From contig CM022668.1 of NCBI GenBank assembly GCA_012295275.1, positions 1,178,001-1,242,000 on the forward strand: a DNA stretch of 64,000 nucleotides. Reading direction: 5' to 3'. Position numbers and translations under genes: made by a program. Numbering within the stretch: the stretch's first letter is position 1; each line of letters begins with the position of its first letter. The notes under the pieces are model-generated. The model saw only the letters and a program-made list of their open reading frames with translations, had not been told where the DNA came from and made no database searches. This document shows positions 27,088 to 42,340 of the stretch, piece after piece. This stretch comes from Chrysomallon squamiferum (taxonomy: Eukaryota > Animalia > Mollusca).

Positions 27088-30000
27088 GAATGAATGAATG
27101 AATATGTATATGTGTATATGTATGTGTATATATATATATATATATATATACATACACATACACATACATGTATGTATGTATATGTACTTATATATATTTT
27201 AATTAACAATGGTGTTGTTTGAAAAAATCATGCTCTTGTAACAGAACGCTTTGTTATATTTTACTTCTGTTCTTTATTTTAAGAGATATTATTATACAGA
27301 CTGAAAAAGTAAGAGAAAAAACAAAAACAACTTACATTCCCGCTCTGGACAGAAGTATCCTGCCTCGCATGTTGTACAGTTAGTTGATCCACCTCCACTG
27401 TATGAGCCCAGGGGACACAACTCTGGACCCTGTGTTGGATCAGGACATTTGTAACCCTCCAAACAGACACTGCACTGTTTGGCTGAGCCCAGCGAATATG
27501 ACCCTGGTTGACAAGCAGTGCTGTAAAATATTTTATTTATTAATTACAAACTTACAAACCTGAGTGAGTGAAAAAAGGAAACAGAAATTAACAATTATAT
27601 ATTTTGTATTATGTTATATAATGTATATCATTTTGACATGACATTTTATTATGCAGATGATATGTAATGATTTTTTAATATTGATTTATATACATACACA
27701 CAAACACACTAACACACACATGCATGCATAGATGCAGACAATAATAACATATACTGACCAGCACAGATTGTGTACATACACACACGCACACACATAAAAG
27801 ACACACACATACATACACAATATTTAACATGTGCTGACAGAACACACAGTGGTATACTCACACATACACTCACACACACAATATTTAACACACATTGTGT
27901 ATACTCACACACACACACACACACACAATATTTAACACACATTGTGTATACTCACACACACACATACACAATATTTAACACACATTGTGGTATACATACA
28001 CTCACACACACACAATATTTAACACATACTGTGGTATACTCACACACACAAACACACACACACACACACCATATTTAACACACACTGTGGTATATTCAAC
28101 CACAATATTTAACACACACTGTGGTATACTCATATACACAAACACACACACACACACACACACCATATTTAACACACCCTGTGGTATACTCACACAATAT
28201 TTAACACACACTGTGGTATACTCACACACACACACACACACAATATTTAACACACACTGTGGTATACTCACACACACACACACACACAATATTTAACACA
28301 CACTGTGGTATACACACACACAATATTTAACACACACTGTGGTATACACACACACAATATTTAACACAACTGTGGTATACTCACACACACAATATTTAAC
28401 ACACACTGTGGTATACTCACACACACACACACACAATATTTAACACACACTGTGGTATACACACACACACAACACACAATATTTAACACACACTGTGGTA
28501 TACACACACACAATATTTAACACACACTGTGGTATACACACACACAATATTTAACACACACTGTGGTATACACACACACACAATATTTAACACACACTGT
28601 GGTATACACACACACACAATATTTAACACAACTGTGGTATACACACACACAATATTTAACACACTGTGGTATACACACACACAATATTTAACACACACTG
28701 TGGTATACACACACAATATTTAACACACTGTGGTATACACACACATACAATATTTAACACACACTGTGGTATACACACACACACAATAAATATTTAACAC
28801 ACACTGTGGTATACACACACACAATATTTAACACACACTGTGGTATACACACACACAAATATTTAACACACACTGTGGTATACACACACACACATTTAAC
28901 ACACACTGTGGTATACACACACTGTGGTATACACACAACAATATTTAACACACACTGTGGTATACACACACAAATATTTAACACACACTGTGGTATACAC
29001 ACACACAATATTTAACACACACACTGTGGTATACACACACACACAATATTTAACACACACTGTGGTATACACACACACACAATATTTAACACACACTGTG
29101 GTATACACACACACACAATATTTAACACACACTGTGGTATACACACACACAATATTTAACACACACTGTGGTATACACACACACAATATTTAACACACAC
29201 TGTGGTATACACACACACAATATTTAACACACTGTGGTATACACACACTGGTATACACACACAATAATTTTAACACACACTGTGGTATACACACACACAC
29301 ACACACATTTTAACACACACTGTGGTATACACACACACAATATTTAACACACACTGTGGTATACTCACACACACAATATTTAACACACACTGTGGTATAC
29401 ACACACACAATATTTAACACACACTGTGGTATACACACACACACAATATTTAACACACACTGTGGTATACACACACACACACACACACACAATATTTAAC
29501 ACACACTGTGGTATACTCACACACACAATATTTAACACACACTGTGGTATACACACACACACACACACAATATTTAACACACACTGTGGTATACACACAC
29601 ACACAATATTTAACACACACTGTGGTATACACACACACAATATTTAACACACACTGTGGTATACACACACACAATATTTAACACACACTGTGGTATACAC
29701 ACACACAATATTTAACACAACTGTGGTATACTCACACTGTGTTGGTAGTTTTGTCTGGACACTCGTATCCCGGAGGACAGCTTGTACATGTTGTCTGGTT
29801 TCCCACTGAGTATGTCCCATCCTCACACGCTATCTTCAGATCCAGTGTAGTCACAGGGCAGTTACTGTAACACGTGGACATAATCTTTTTAAAATAATCT
29901 ACAGCTAACAAGGAAGTTAATAAGTTTGTATTTTTTTTTTTTTTTTTTTTTTTTATTTATTAAAACAAACAATCTATTCAATTATATATTTCAATTCTTT

Positions 30001-31124
30001 AATAAATACAACTGTATAATCAGTTATATAATTTAATTTATCTAAAAAAAACTCATGAATTTATCTACACTGATGTTGTTTATTAAGTTATTATACTGAT
30101 ATTTCCTCATAGACTTTAAATTTTTCTAATTGTTAAAAATTAATGGCATTTAAATTCCTCTTTGTTAAATTTCTCTTTATATAAAAATGAAAATAACTGG
30201 CTTGACCAAATCTGTTGGCCAATGTGAAATCTGAAAATGACCAATGAAGTGACCCAGCAATACACAGCGCTGTCTATGTTGCTGCAAGGTTAACACATGA
30301 AGTAAGAAATGACCACTCACTAGCCAGGGGGACATTCTGTACAGCTCTGCTGTTTTCCTGCTGAGAAGGTTCCTGGCTGACACTCTATCAAGTTACTGGC
30401 ATCAACACTGGGACATGCATAACCGGGCAGGCAGTCTGTGCAGGAAACTGAACCTTTCAGAGAATATGTTCCTGCTGCACAGTCAGCAACACCTGCGCCG
30501 TCCACGCTGGGGCACATCTTTCCTGCTGGGCACACGGTGCATGCCGAGGCGTTGCCTGTGGAGTAGCTGCCACTGGGACAGTCGTTTTCTACAGATTCAC
30601 TGAAAAATAAATGTTATTTGTAAGTGAAGAATCTTTTAAACTAAATTATACTTGTATACTGTAACTGATTATCTCAGCCAGTATAATAGTTAGTCTGAAA
30701 CAAATATATAATTTTCTAGAAAAAATGTAATACTAGTGCTCTCTGAATTTTATCTCTTTCTAAATAAATAAATCCTATAATAATATACACGACAACAAAT
30801 CCAGTATAACATTGTACATTTACCTACTGATGGAAATAGAAATAATATTTTATATATTTTTGTAAGTGCCATTCATAGGACATATGACAATATAGATAAT
30901 CAGAGAGGTAACCCATGGTAACAAATATGATCATAAACCCTTTATTTCTGCAAATAAACCATTTTAAGCACTCCTCTTTGAATAACATCAACCATATATA
31001 TTTGTATTTCATTATTAAAAAGATTCGTAGAAGAACTTAGTCAAAAGAAAATAAAAACAACAAATACAAAAGTAAGCCATGAAATAAAAATCAGTCAGTC
31101 AATCAAAACAGTAATAAAATATAA

Positions 31125-31156
<32 letters not shown>

Positions 31157-32041
31157 AAAACAAGAATAAAAAGCAATCCCCTAAAAAAGAATCCCTAATT
31201 TTGAATAGTAATAATGTCATACATTGTTATAAACTGAAATAAATTAATAACATTGTAATATAATTGTTATAGATTTTGTAGTTTGATACACTGTTATACA
31301 ACAAATAACACTGTAAAAAGCCTTTTCACAAACAAATCATTGATAATTTACATTGTGTAACTATGTAGAATCTAGTGATAACTTACGTTGTTGAAGGACA
31401 GTATTTTCCTGCAGGACACGTTATACAGGTGTAGGAACCTAGAGCTGAGTACGAGCCTGGCCCACAGGCATAGTTAGCAGAGAGACTGGTGAGATCTGGA
31501 CAGGCATACCCCCTTGGACACTGGGTGCACTGTGTAGAACCAGGGTCACTCAGATAGCCTGGTCAATAAATAAATAGACATATTTATTTTAAAAAATAAT
31601 AATAATAATTAAAAATAATAATAATAATAATAAACAAATAAATTAATTAATTAATTAAAAAGAGTTAAAAAATTAAAATAAATAAATAAATAAATAGTGA
31701 AACATAAAAACAGATAAATAATTGATCAAAACAAATAAATTAAAAATATTTTAAAATTAATTCAACAGTAATCAAGCTTCATGTATTCCTTACATCTATT
31801 ATAAATCTCTATCAGTCATTTCACATTTCCCTCTCCTCTCTGCCATGCTTAACTGCTCTCTAGAGGCTATCAGCTGACTCACTTATAAAATGTTAACTGA
31901 CTGACAGAAGGTACTGATACAGATACTGCTATTTCTTATTTATAACTTCTGGGAACCAATTCAAATAAATGTTTTCAGTTCTGAACTGAACAATTATTTT
32001 TTCAGTTAATTTTGATGTTAGCTTAACACACACACACACAT

Positions 32042-32079
<38 letters not shown>

Positions 32080-32116
32080 TATATACATGCATACACACAC
32101 ACACACACACACACAT

Positions 32117-32151
<35 letters not shown>

Positions 32152-35100
32152 TACATACATGCATGCATACACACACACACACACATACAAGCATGCACAT
32201 ATTATATACATGCATACACACACACTTACACACAAACAAGAATACATATATATATATACACACACACATATAAATATATACACACACACACATGTACATA
32301 TATATATATATTATATACACACACACTCACATCCGCACACGTACACACACACAAAGAAACACATCAGGTGTACATTACTGACATACATACACACACACAA
32401 AGAAACACATCAGGTGTACATTACTGACATACATACTCAGCTAGACAGTTGGTGATTTGGTATTTTTTCAAGTGAATGAATGTTTAATGACAGAATTATT
32501 TTCTGCAGCAGTTGGGCATTCTTACCTTCCCCACACTTTGTTGGCATCGCTGTTGTTGTTGGGCACATGTAACCACCTGGACACTGTTGACACAATGTGG
32601 CCGATGCATTGACGTTGTATGACCCCTGACTGCAGGCTGAGGGTGCACTGCTTGTACTGACACACTCATATCCTAAAATTCAAAACTTATTTAAAGCATG
32701 CCAGGTGTAATTGTTATATAACATGTACTCCTCAGATACTAATTAAACATTGATATCCTAAAATACATAACCCATTACAGTGTATATCACATATTATTAT
32801 GATACTCACTGAATATAAGTATACATTGATATCCTAACATATAGTACCCATTTACAGCGTATACATACCAGATATGATTATTATTTACTCATTGGATACT
32901 AAGCATATATCTACATCCTAAAATAAAGTATAATATATACAATGCTTTCAGTGCATAGTACTTATTCATAGTCTAAAATACATTTAAACAGCTGATTCCA
33001 AATGTTTTCTGTATTGATGTAACATGGTCACTGCATACTAGAAATAACTAACATTCATACATTATAATTCATTGTATGTGCAATATAAATATATTCATTG
33101 CAAAATACTATGATTTTTTTAATCATATTTTTAAACTCAAAAAGGTAAATAAAAATCAAACAGTTAAAGAAAAATATTATGTTAGACAAACAGGATAATC
33201 CCCAAAATAATATTAATTTAATATATTTTATATTAAGCTGCATTCAGGTTGTATAAATTACAAACTAAATAACTGTCTTACCAGCAGGACAGGGTGTACA
33301 TGCAGTTTGTTCCCCAAGTGAATATGTTCCGGCAGGGCAGTCAGTCGCGTCTGTAGCAGTGCAGTACTTTCCCGGAGGACACGCCGAGCAGCTTCCACTT
33401 CCTGCTGCTGCATAAAACCCTGATGAACACGGAATCTCTACTGAAGAGCCTGCAGGGCAGTACTTACCAGCTGAACATGTGTCACAGGTCATTGCTGTAG
33501 TGGATGAAAATGAAATGCGTGTTAAATCAGTAACACATGTTATGTATTTCCTGTATACCACATCTGATATATTCTTATTGATACAGCATTTATCAACAAA
33601 CTCAGACAAGAAATAAATAAACAAATGAGAGAAAGATGATTCAGGTTTGACTAACAGGTATCAATTTACACATTTCTGTTATTACAACTTTCTTTTTGTT
33701 CTTTTTAGTAAGAATTATTACAAAATTAATAATCTATAAATCAAAACAATAACAACAAAAAATAATAATAATAATAATAAACTAAACAAATTTTTTTAAA
33801 AATAAAAAAATAAAAATTTCAAACAGAAGTAATACAAAAAACATACACCCAGAGATACTGAAAGATCCTGCTGTACACTGTGTGGGTGTGGCTGCGGCAG
33901 AAGTACACTCGTACCCAGCAGGACAAGGTTTGCAAGATGTCCAGCCTTCTGCAGAGTACTGGTCTGAAATACATGCAAAGGTTAATTAGTAACAGTGTGT
34001 GTGTGCGTGTGTGCGTGTGTGTGTGCGTTTGCAGAAGAAAATATAACATCTTTCTTTAAAATTATATATTGTTACATTATCATCACTATTATTATTATTA
34101 TTATTGTCCAGAAATACATTTGTATAATAGAGTGGAAAATCATTTATACAAGTATTTTCAATATATGATCTGATTCTTTAACTTGTGTTCATTCTTTTGG
34201 TCATGCTCTGATAATTATCTATAATTATCTACCATATATATGTGTAGTAGATGAAAAGAAAAAACATTAAAAACCAGATCTTGAATAAGTAATAAACATG
34301 ATAACAGGTAACTCTGTGTCACACTCTGCTGCTATTGACAATGACAAAATATTGACTTTTCTCTCTGTTTAGTAACACAGTACTCTACTGCCACATTTTA
34401 TGCTGTGGAATAACAATTGTATTACCCAGTCTGTTAGTTATTGTAAACATAGCACTATTATTAAACAGTTATATCGAACTGCTGCAACACAATACGAAGC
34501 ATGCAATCAATAAAGCTTTAAATAATTGACAGAATTGATAATCATTTCCTCTGTTAATCAAACTAACAGAAAACATTAATAAACCATCTTTAGCTGTGAC
34601 AAGCACTTTTATGACATGGAGAAAAAAAGTTATATAAAGGATCTGCAGATAAACATTATGAACTTTTTTTTAAAACAAATGTTTTAAATATTTATTTCAG
34701 TTTTGTGTTTAAGTCTGTTACAAGTAAATCAGAAAATATGTAGATTAAATAATATGTGTGTATATACAACTCACTCATTGCTGTTTGACCTGTTATTAGA
34801 CACAGCTGTTAATATAACTACACTGAACAAATAGGAGTGTACATTACCTGCTGGACAGTCCAGTGGATCTGCTGATGTTGATGGACAGTACTTTCCTGCT
34901 GGACAGCGGGTACAAGCAGCACTGCCCAGTGAGGAGTAGTATCCACTGGCACACGACACTGGTGTCTGACTAGAAATTCAGAGTGAACCAATGTTTTAAT
35001 GAAGTTACCATTGTGATTAAATCTCTTGAAATAAAATATGACTTTTATTTTATTCTTCTAAAATAAACCAAATAAAATTTAGTTCTTATTTAGTATACAT

Positions 35101-38100
35101 GTCTGAAGTTTTTTAAATTGCCAAATTCATCAACATGATTTTTACCTGTCATTTATTTTAATTAAACACCAAAAACTGCCTTCTCTTTTTCAAATGCTTC
35201 ATTGCTTCAGAAAACACCTGGTATAACAAGGTAAGTTTGTTGCCATTCAATTTTGATTGTTCGGTATGTTTCTTATTTTTTTGACTATCAGATAAAATAT
35301 GTTTTATGCAGGTTTTTGGTGTCTGCATTCCAAGTGTTAGGTAAAAGTAAACTTACGCTGGATCAGTGCACTGCTTTCCTGCTGGACATGGGCTGCAGAC
35401 TGCTTTGTTTGCATCAGGAATTTGGTCTGTGACAAAGAAATGACAGAATAAAATTATCCCACTACTACTACTACTACTACTAACAATAATAATAATAATA
35501 ATGATGATAATAATAATGATGATGATGACAATGATGATAATAATAATAATGATAATTGTAGTAATAATAATGATGATGATGATGATGATGCTGATAGTAA
35601 TGATACTGAAGATGATGATAATAATGGTAATTCACTAATAACAACAACAACAATAACAGTTATAAATAATAAATAATAATAATAATCTCAAAGATCAACC
35701 ATGACTAAAATTACTGGTTATATAAACTGTACTCATGAAATTTATATAACATCTGTAACTAAAAAAGAGTTTTGTATTAAAAAACTTAGTACTTGTTTTA
35801 ATATTTATTTCAGTTGTGACAGTTAAGTTCACCTTAAAGACAGAGAACTCTTTTTCAAAACTTGGTAAATACTGAAAATATTTACCTGAGGGGCAGACTG
35901 TACAACTGCTACTTCCTTGTGGTGCTATATAACCAGGCAGGCAGTCTGCTGGACTCACTGTGGCATTTGTACATGACTTTCCTTCAGGGCAGGGGTCACA
36001 GGAACTACTCCCTGAAACATTAAATATCAAATTACATCAGTGAGGTTCACAGTAAAGTCAAAACACCTCAGCCACTCATGTATCCTTTCTCTTCCTGACA
36101 ACAAACAGAAGTACAAGTAATTTCAAAAATCTATTTTCCTTTAGTGTTGCTATTTCAACAACACAGAGAATCAGAAGTAACTTCAGAAACCTGTTCTAAG
36201 TAACAAATATCTGTACAGTTATGATGTATAAGAGTGCACAAACCATATCTGTACAGTTATGATGTATAAGAGTGTACAAACCTGGTGTTGTACAGTTATG
36301 ATGTATAAGAGTGTACAAAATTGGTGTTGTACAGTTATGATGTATAAGAGTGTACAAACCATATCTGTACAGTTATGATGTATAAGAGTGCACAAACCAT
36401 ATCTGTACAGTTATGATGTATAAGAGTGCACAAACCATATCTGTACAGTTATGATGTATAAGAGTGTACAAACCTGTTTGTACAGTTATGATGTATAAGA
36501 GTAAGTACAGTTATATGTATAAGAGTGTACAAACCATATCTGTACAGTTATGATGTATAAGAGTGTACAAACCTGGTGTTGTACAGTTATGATGTATAAG
36601 AGTGTACAAACCTGGTGTTGTACAGTTATGATGTATAAGAGTGTACAAAATTGGTGTTGTACAGTTATGATGTATAAGAGTGTACAAACCTGGTGTTGAG
36701 GCAAATGTCCCAGCTGGACATGGAGAACAGCTGCCCTGACCGATAAGACTGAAAAAGCCTGCTGGACAAGCCACTGGTGTCTGTCTGTTTGGACACTCTG
36801 ACCCTGCAGGACACTGCTGACACAATGTTTGTCCTGTACAGTTAAATATACACAAAATTGTCAGAAAACAACAAGCTATTGTCTTATTTACACACACAAG
36901 CAGACTTAGAACTGTCAAAATATTTGATATATAAAATGTACAATTACTCAGAAACATTCTGCACAATAGTTGAAGAAACAAATACATTTGCCACCTTGTA
37001 TAAGAGCAAATAACAAGATCTTTGCCATAAAACAAAAATCGTTTTAATTAGATTAAAATTTGTGGGATTTTACTTCATGCTTATACAAGCTCTTGTTTAC
37101 AAATATCACTTCATGCTTATACAAGCTCCTGTTTACAAATATCACTCGTTATAGGGTCAGTCTTTACCTGTTGTTGAGGTGTATTGACCATCACTGCACA
37201 ATGTTGGACTTGAGTCTTTGACAGGACACATTGATCCTATAGGACAGTCAGTACAAGATGAAGCACCAGCTGGTGAGAACTGCCCTGTGCCACAGTCAGA
37301 AGGATTGCTTGTTCCGTCTGAAGGACAAGACTTGCCTGCAGGACACACAGACCAATATTTCATACTGACAGCTTGTTGAACCAGCCACATCAATATTTCA
37401 TACTGACCAGCTGGACATATTACTGACCAGCTGGACATATCTAAAACAAAGTAGTTTAAACTGACCACTAATACACAGACCAATATTTCATACTGACCAG
37501 CTGGACATATCTAAAACAAAGTAGTTTAAACTGACCACTAATACACAGACCAATATTTCATACTGACCAGATGGACATAGCTAAAATGTAATAAAATAGT
37601 TTATACAGAAAAACTGGACATATCTAAAACGTATTATAATTTCAACTGACCAGCAATGTATGGATCAATAGTTTATACACTGACCTGTTGGACATATCTA
37701 TAACTGACCAATGTTTTAAACTGACCAGGTAGATTACTTACAACTAACTAGACAAGGAATATAATAATTAATTTTTATATAGCAGTTGCTAATTCCATAA
37801 ATTTAAATAGCCTGACTGGAAAAAGACTTATTTATAAAGTTTACTTATATATTGGCTTTCATTCTGAAGGCATTTAAAAAATTTCATTATTTATTTTTAT
37901 TTATAATCAGGGTCAATCAATCTACTAATATAATGTTTTACAATATCTTCGATACTATCGTTAAAAATATATCACAAACCTGACAGCTACTTTCGGCAGT
38001 TTGTTTCACCTGGTTTCCATAGTAACCAACTGGACATTCAGTCTTTGGTGAACTGCCACCAGGGCAGCTGAAAGTAGAGAGTTGAAAATAAGTAGTTTCA

Positions 38101-41100
38101 TCATGTGTGTGAACGAGAAGCAGAGTATGCACTGCAAATAAAACTTATTTTTTTGTAATTACTACCTTTTACGCAAGAACACTGGCTGTTAATTATGTTA
38201 ATTTTGTTATTTATCAAAATATTTCATACTTAAAATTGTTATCAGAGCTTTTTGTCATCTTTGTTCAATATGAATATTGTTATATTTATAAGAAGAAAAG
38301 AAGTTCTATTTAATGACTCTAAACAATCTGAGCTCACTACAAGGAGAGGCCTGCCCCTTGTGACAACATGAAATACAGTGCAGATTCTTCACTGGTATTT
38401 TTTATTTCTCTGTTCAACATTCTCTGTAGTCACTAGGTGATGTCATTAACTTTTTTGTCCAGAAATTAACCATTTTATTTTTCATTTCAGTGATACATAT
38501 AAAATCAAATCACTATTGTTATCATAGAAATAAAAAATATTTTATAATCCTGAACTTTTTGTTCAGGGTACTAGGTGTGTATTTTTTATTTTGTGTTCCA
38601 TTAGCAGTGTTATCAGGTTTAACACAAACAAACAACTTAAGTCTGTGTTCATGTTGAGAGGTTTCTAGATGACAAATTACAACATATGTCAATATGATTA
38701 GTTACCTTTGAGATTAACAGAAAAAACTCCACTGGGATTCTTTCCAAAACAAGTACAAACATTGTAATAAACACACACCTACATAACAGCTATCTCAGAT
38801 ATTACACCTTTACAAGTGTGAGTGTATGTATTATGTTAAAACAAACTCCTTAACTTCAGATTAAATATAAGGCTGGATTATTTTAAACAATAGCTGTTTT
38901 AAATTATTATATTGATAAAAAATACTGATCTTTCAAATAAATAATTAAAATTATATTCATGAAGTCAATGGCATTTCAGAAAATTAACTATGTTATATTA
39001 ATAGAAGTGAACTTTCTAAAGAATTATCTAAAATTATATATATAAAGTCAGTGTCCTTTTGAAAATCTAATAACAATAATAATTTTAAAATTGATCTAAA
39101 CTGTTATTAATTGAAAACATTTTTAATAACTGGCTGGTCACAGACAAAACAGGAGGGAAAGCAGAAAAAAGTCTGCAGGATTTGAAGATTATCGAGTTAA
39201 TCCTGTTGGCAGCTTGCCACTGTGAATGTCTTTTATAACAAAGAGTATTCTTTTCATACAACCACATAATTACTTACTGACACTCGATAACTCCAGATTA
39301 TACTGATATTATTCAACATCGTCATATCTCACATGCAGAGTAAGTTCCATGTAATTTTTAAATCACCACGATACACATCTTTGTGTGTGTTATTACAGAA
39401 GTACAATTATACGAAAATAGTAATGACTATGTGAGTGCATACAAACATATAAATATTACGTATTGGAATTATTTTGTGTATTTATTTCCATGTAAATTAT
39501 ACCATTATGAGCACATCAGTGGTCTATCTAAATTAGTGTCGTATATTGAACTTTATGTAATGTAAAGAAGAAAGATCTGGTGATATGAACATAGATGAAA
39601 GTAAACTGCATGAAAATAATGTGACCCCAAGATGACAGATGAAACTTCAGAAACAACATGTTGAAAAAAATATATATATACTCTTTAACCAGTCTTTTCT
39701 ACAACATTATATATCATTTTTGAATGAAAAAATGTTTTGATATTAATAATTAGCTTAGAAATTCTTGTAAGACTTTTTATTGTCAACAAATAAAAAAAAA
39801 ATTAACAGAATCTGCCATAGGTGCTCAATGGTTAATGAAATGTTTAACTGCCAGATATCTAAACTTAGCTTTTCTTCATTGTTTTTAAACAATACTTGAA
39901 ACTGTATATCACCATTATTTCTTATTCACAGACTTACAAACAATATTTACTCTCAAAAAAACCTCCATCCCTCTACAGTAATCATATTGTATAAATGTGT
40001 GTGTGTATCTCTGTGTGTGAGTGTGTGTGTTTGTGTGTGCAGTCATGAGACAAACTCATGACACAATGGCTATCATTTATAATTGTTCTGTACTCTAAAT
40101 CAATATTGCAGTATCAGTTCTGTTTCAGATTTGATTTTTGTAATGTTTTTTATCCAGCAGACTGTTTTTTGCATGATAAACTTTGGAGATAAGAACCATT
40201 ACATTATAAGATGTGGTAATAAAATGTGTGTGAGTGTATACATGTATTGATATATGTTCAGTAACAAAACCAGTATGACATGTTTTGACATGTGTATATT
40301 ATGTAATATCAACTTCAAGTAGCTTGCATTCTGTTCTAATCAGATCGTTTGTACTGTGTTTGACAGTTCAATACTTTGTTATTCCCTTGATTATTCTGAA
40401 ATACATTATTTACATAAATGATAATTTTAGTAAATGATGTAAAAAAAGATTTTATTTATTTATTTAGTTTTTTACTTCTTTTTTTTTAAATTTTAAAGTC
40501 AATTTCTTCTGACATATCAACAATCCTATTTCAGATCTTTTGGCTATGTTTTCACAAGAGAATAATAAAAACTGTGATTTAATATTTGTACGGATTGTGA
40601 ATAAAATTGTTTTAGTGTTAGTCTGTAGTGTTGCAAATTACTGAAAACATTTCTGTCATAAATAATAATTATATTTATTTGTAAGTAAATATCTTTCTTT
40701 GTAAAAGATTTTATTTTGGGAAAATAGTTTTAAAAATTAGACTAATTAATAACAGCTTCAAACAATTGATTTTTTTAAGCCAGCAGATATTTTTGTTCTG
40801 TTCTCCGGAAGTTATCACTAAAAATATTTATTTTAATAATTTCAGATTAACAGCACATGTACAGTCTATGTAGTATATATATATCAATACAATGTATTCT
40901 ATAACACACATAACTCTAAGTGTACATTCAGATCTGAGATTATTTCTCTTCAATAGCAGTTCCATACACTGTAATGCCTGAACAATAATATTGTTAGTGC
41001 CTGCCACACCTATTACAATGTGACTAAAGCAATATATCAAATATTTATTTCTGACCATGTCATGTCCATTCCCAGTTCAATGGGTGAAAGCAACATCTGA

Positions 41101-41918
41101 TCTTAATGGCTGTTAGTTATTTTGATACGAACATAATGGTTGGATCAGCACCTTTCATAAACATCCATAAACATTAACAATGAATGTGAAAATAATCAAC
41201 TGTCCCATGAAAAGAAGTGTGAAGTCAACACAATTATTTTCATAATTAAAACACATTTATACATTTAATTTGTTATTACTATACTGGTACAGTTATGTGT
41301 TATCATACCAGTACAATTATGTTATTACTTTTGTAAAGTATATTTATGTTGTTATTCCTTTACTGGGTCAAGTTATGTTAAATTACTTTTGTAGTACAGT
41401 TTGTATTATTATTATAGTGATATATTTTATGTTATTATATACTTTAGTGGTACATTTTATATTATTACTATAGTAGTACAGTTGCTGTTTTTACTACAGT
41501 GATACATTTTATGTTATTTTATGTTATTATAGTACAGTTTGTGTTATTACTATTACAGTGTTAATATTTGAAAAAATTAAATGTAATTCAAAAATAAATT
41601 AAAGATTTCTACAAGCAATATCATCAACAGATTAATGAATTATTATATCCAATGAAATGTTAATTAATTATTCTGAAAATAAAAATGTTTATATCAATAC
41701 ATTAGCAAGCTCTATGTGAACTAGATTAAACAATTTAAAAATATATAAATAAATAACCCTCTCTGTTTGTTTGAACAGTAACTTACTAAGATCCTTGAGG
41801 ACAGTCAATACAGTTGGAAGAGTTTGTATCGAAGTATGTGCCAGCAGGGCAGTTTGTCACACAGTCTGTAGAGCAGGTACACTGACCTGTAATCACAAAG
41901 AAATTGCATTAACATACA

Positions 41919-41964
<46 letters not shown>

Positions 41965-42309
41965 AATTAATGGAAGAAAATGTATAAGAAAAAAGATTGG
42001 TTATGATAATCTATTTCTATCCACTAACAGCTACATTGTTTTTAAAGATTTAATTATGTCAATTATTTTAACTACAGAATGTTCATGTCATCTGAGCTAA
42101 AATGTGAATATTTCTATTTTATTAAGAATGACAGGACAGAGACATTCCACAGTTAACAGTTAATTTTATTTTAAATGAGTCAGTGATAGATGCCAAGAAC
42201 TTCAGATCAGGCAGTCATTAAATATGGTTATTGATATTTCTCAAGTTTAATTATAATGCCTATCCTTTATTTTTTAAATTTGACTTCAGATGTTCTTTGT
42301 TGAAAAGAA

Positions 42310-42340
<31 letters not shown>

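Noticed and set aside
27709-29826. Many His/Thr- or Cys/Val-rich ORFs
   Set aside because: They are (CA)n-rich minisatellite translations, not genes.
19992-36698. Regular repeat arrays as CRISPR
   Set aside because: There are no unique spacers and no cas genes, and the context is eukaryotic and intronic.
41270-41560. Degenerate gtacagtt..tgttattac repeat
   Set aside because: It is low-complexity and decayed, lies ~230 bp from the nearest donor and contains no junction sequence, so it is not counted among the junction-anchored arrays.
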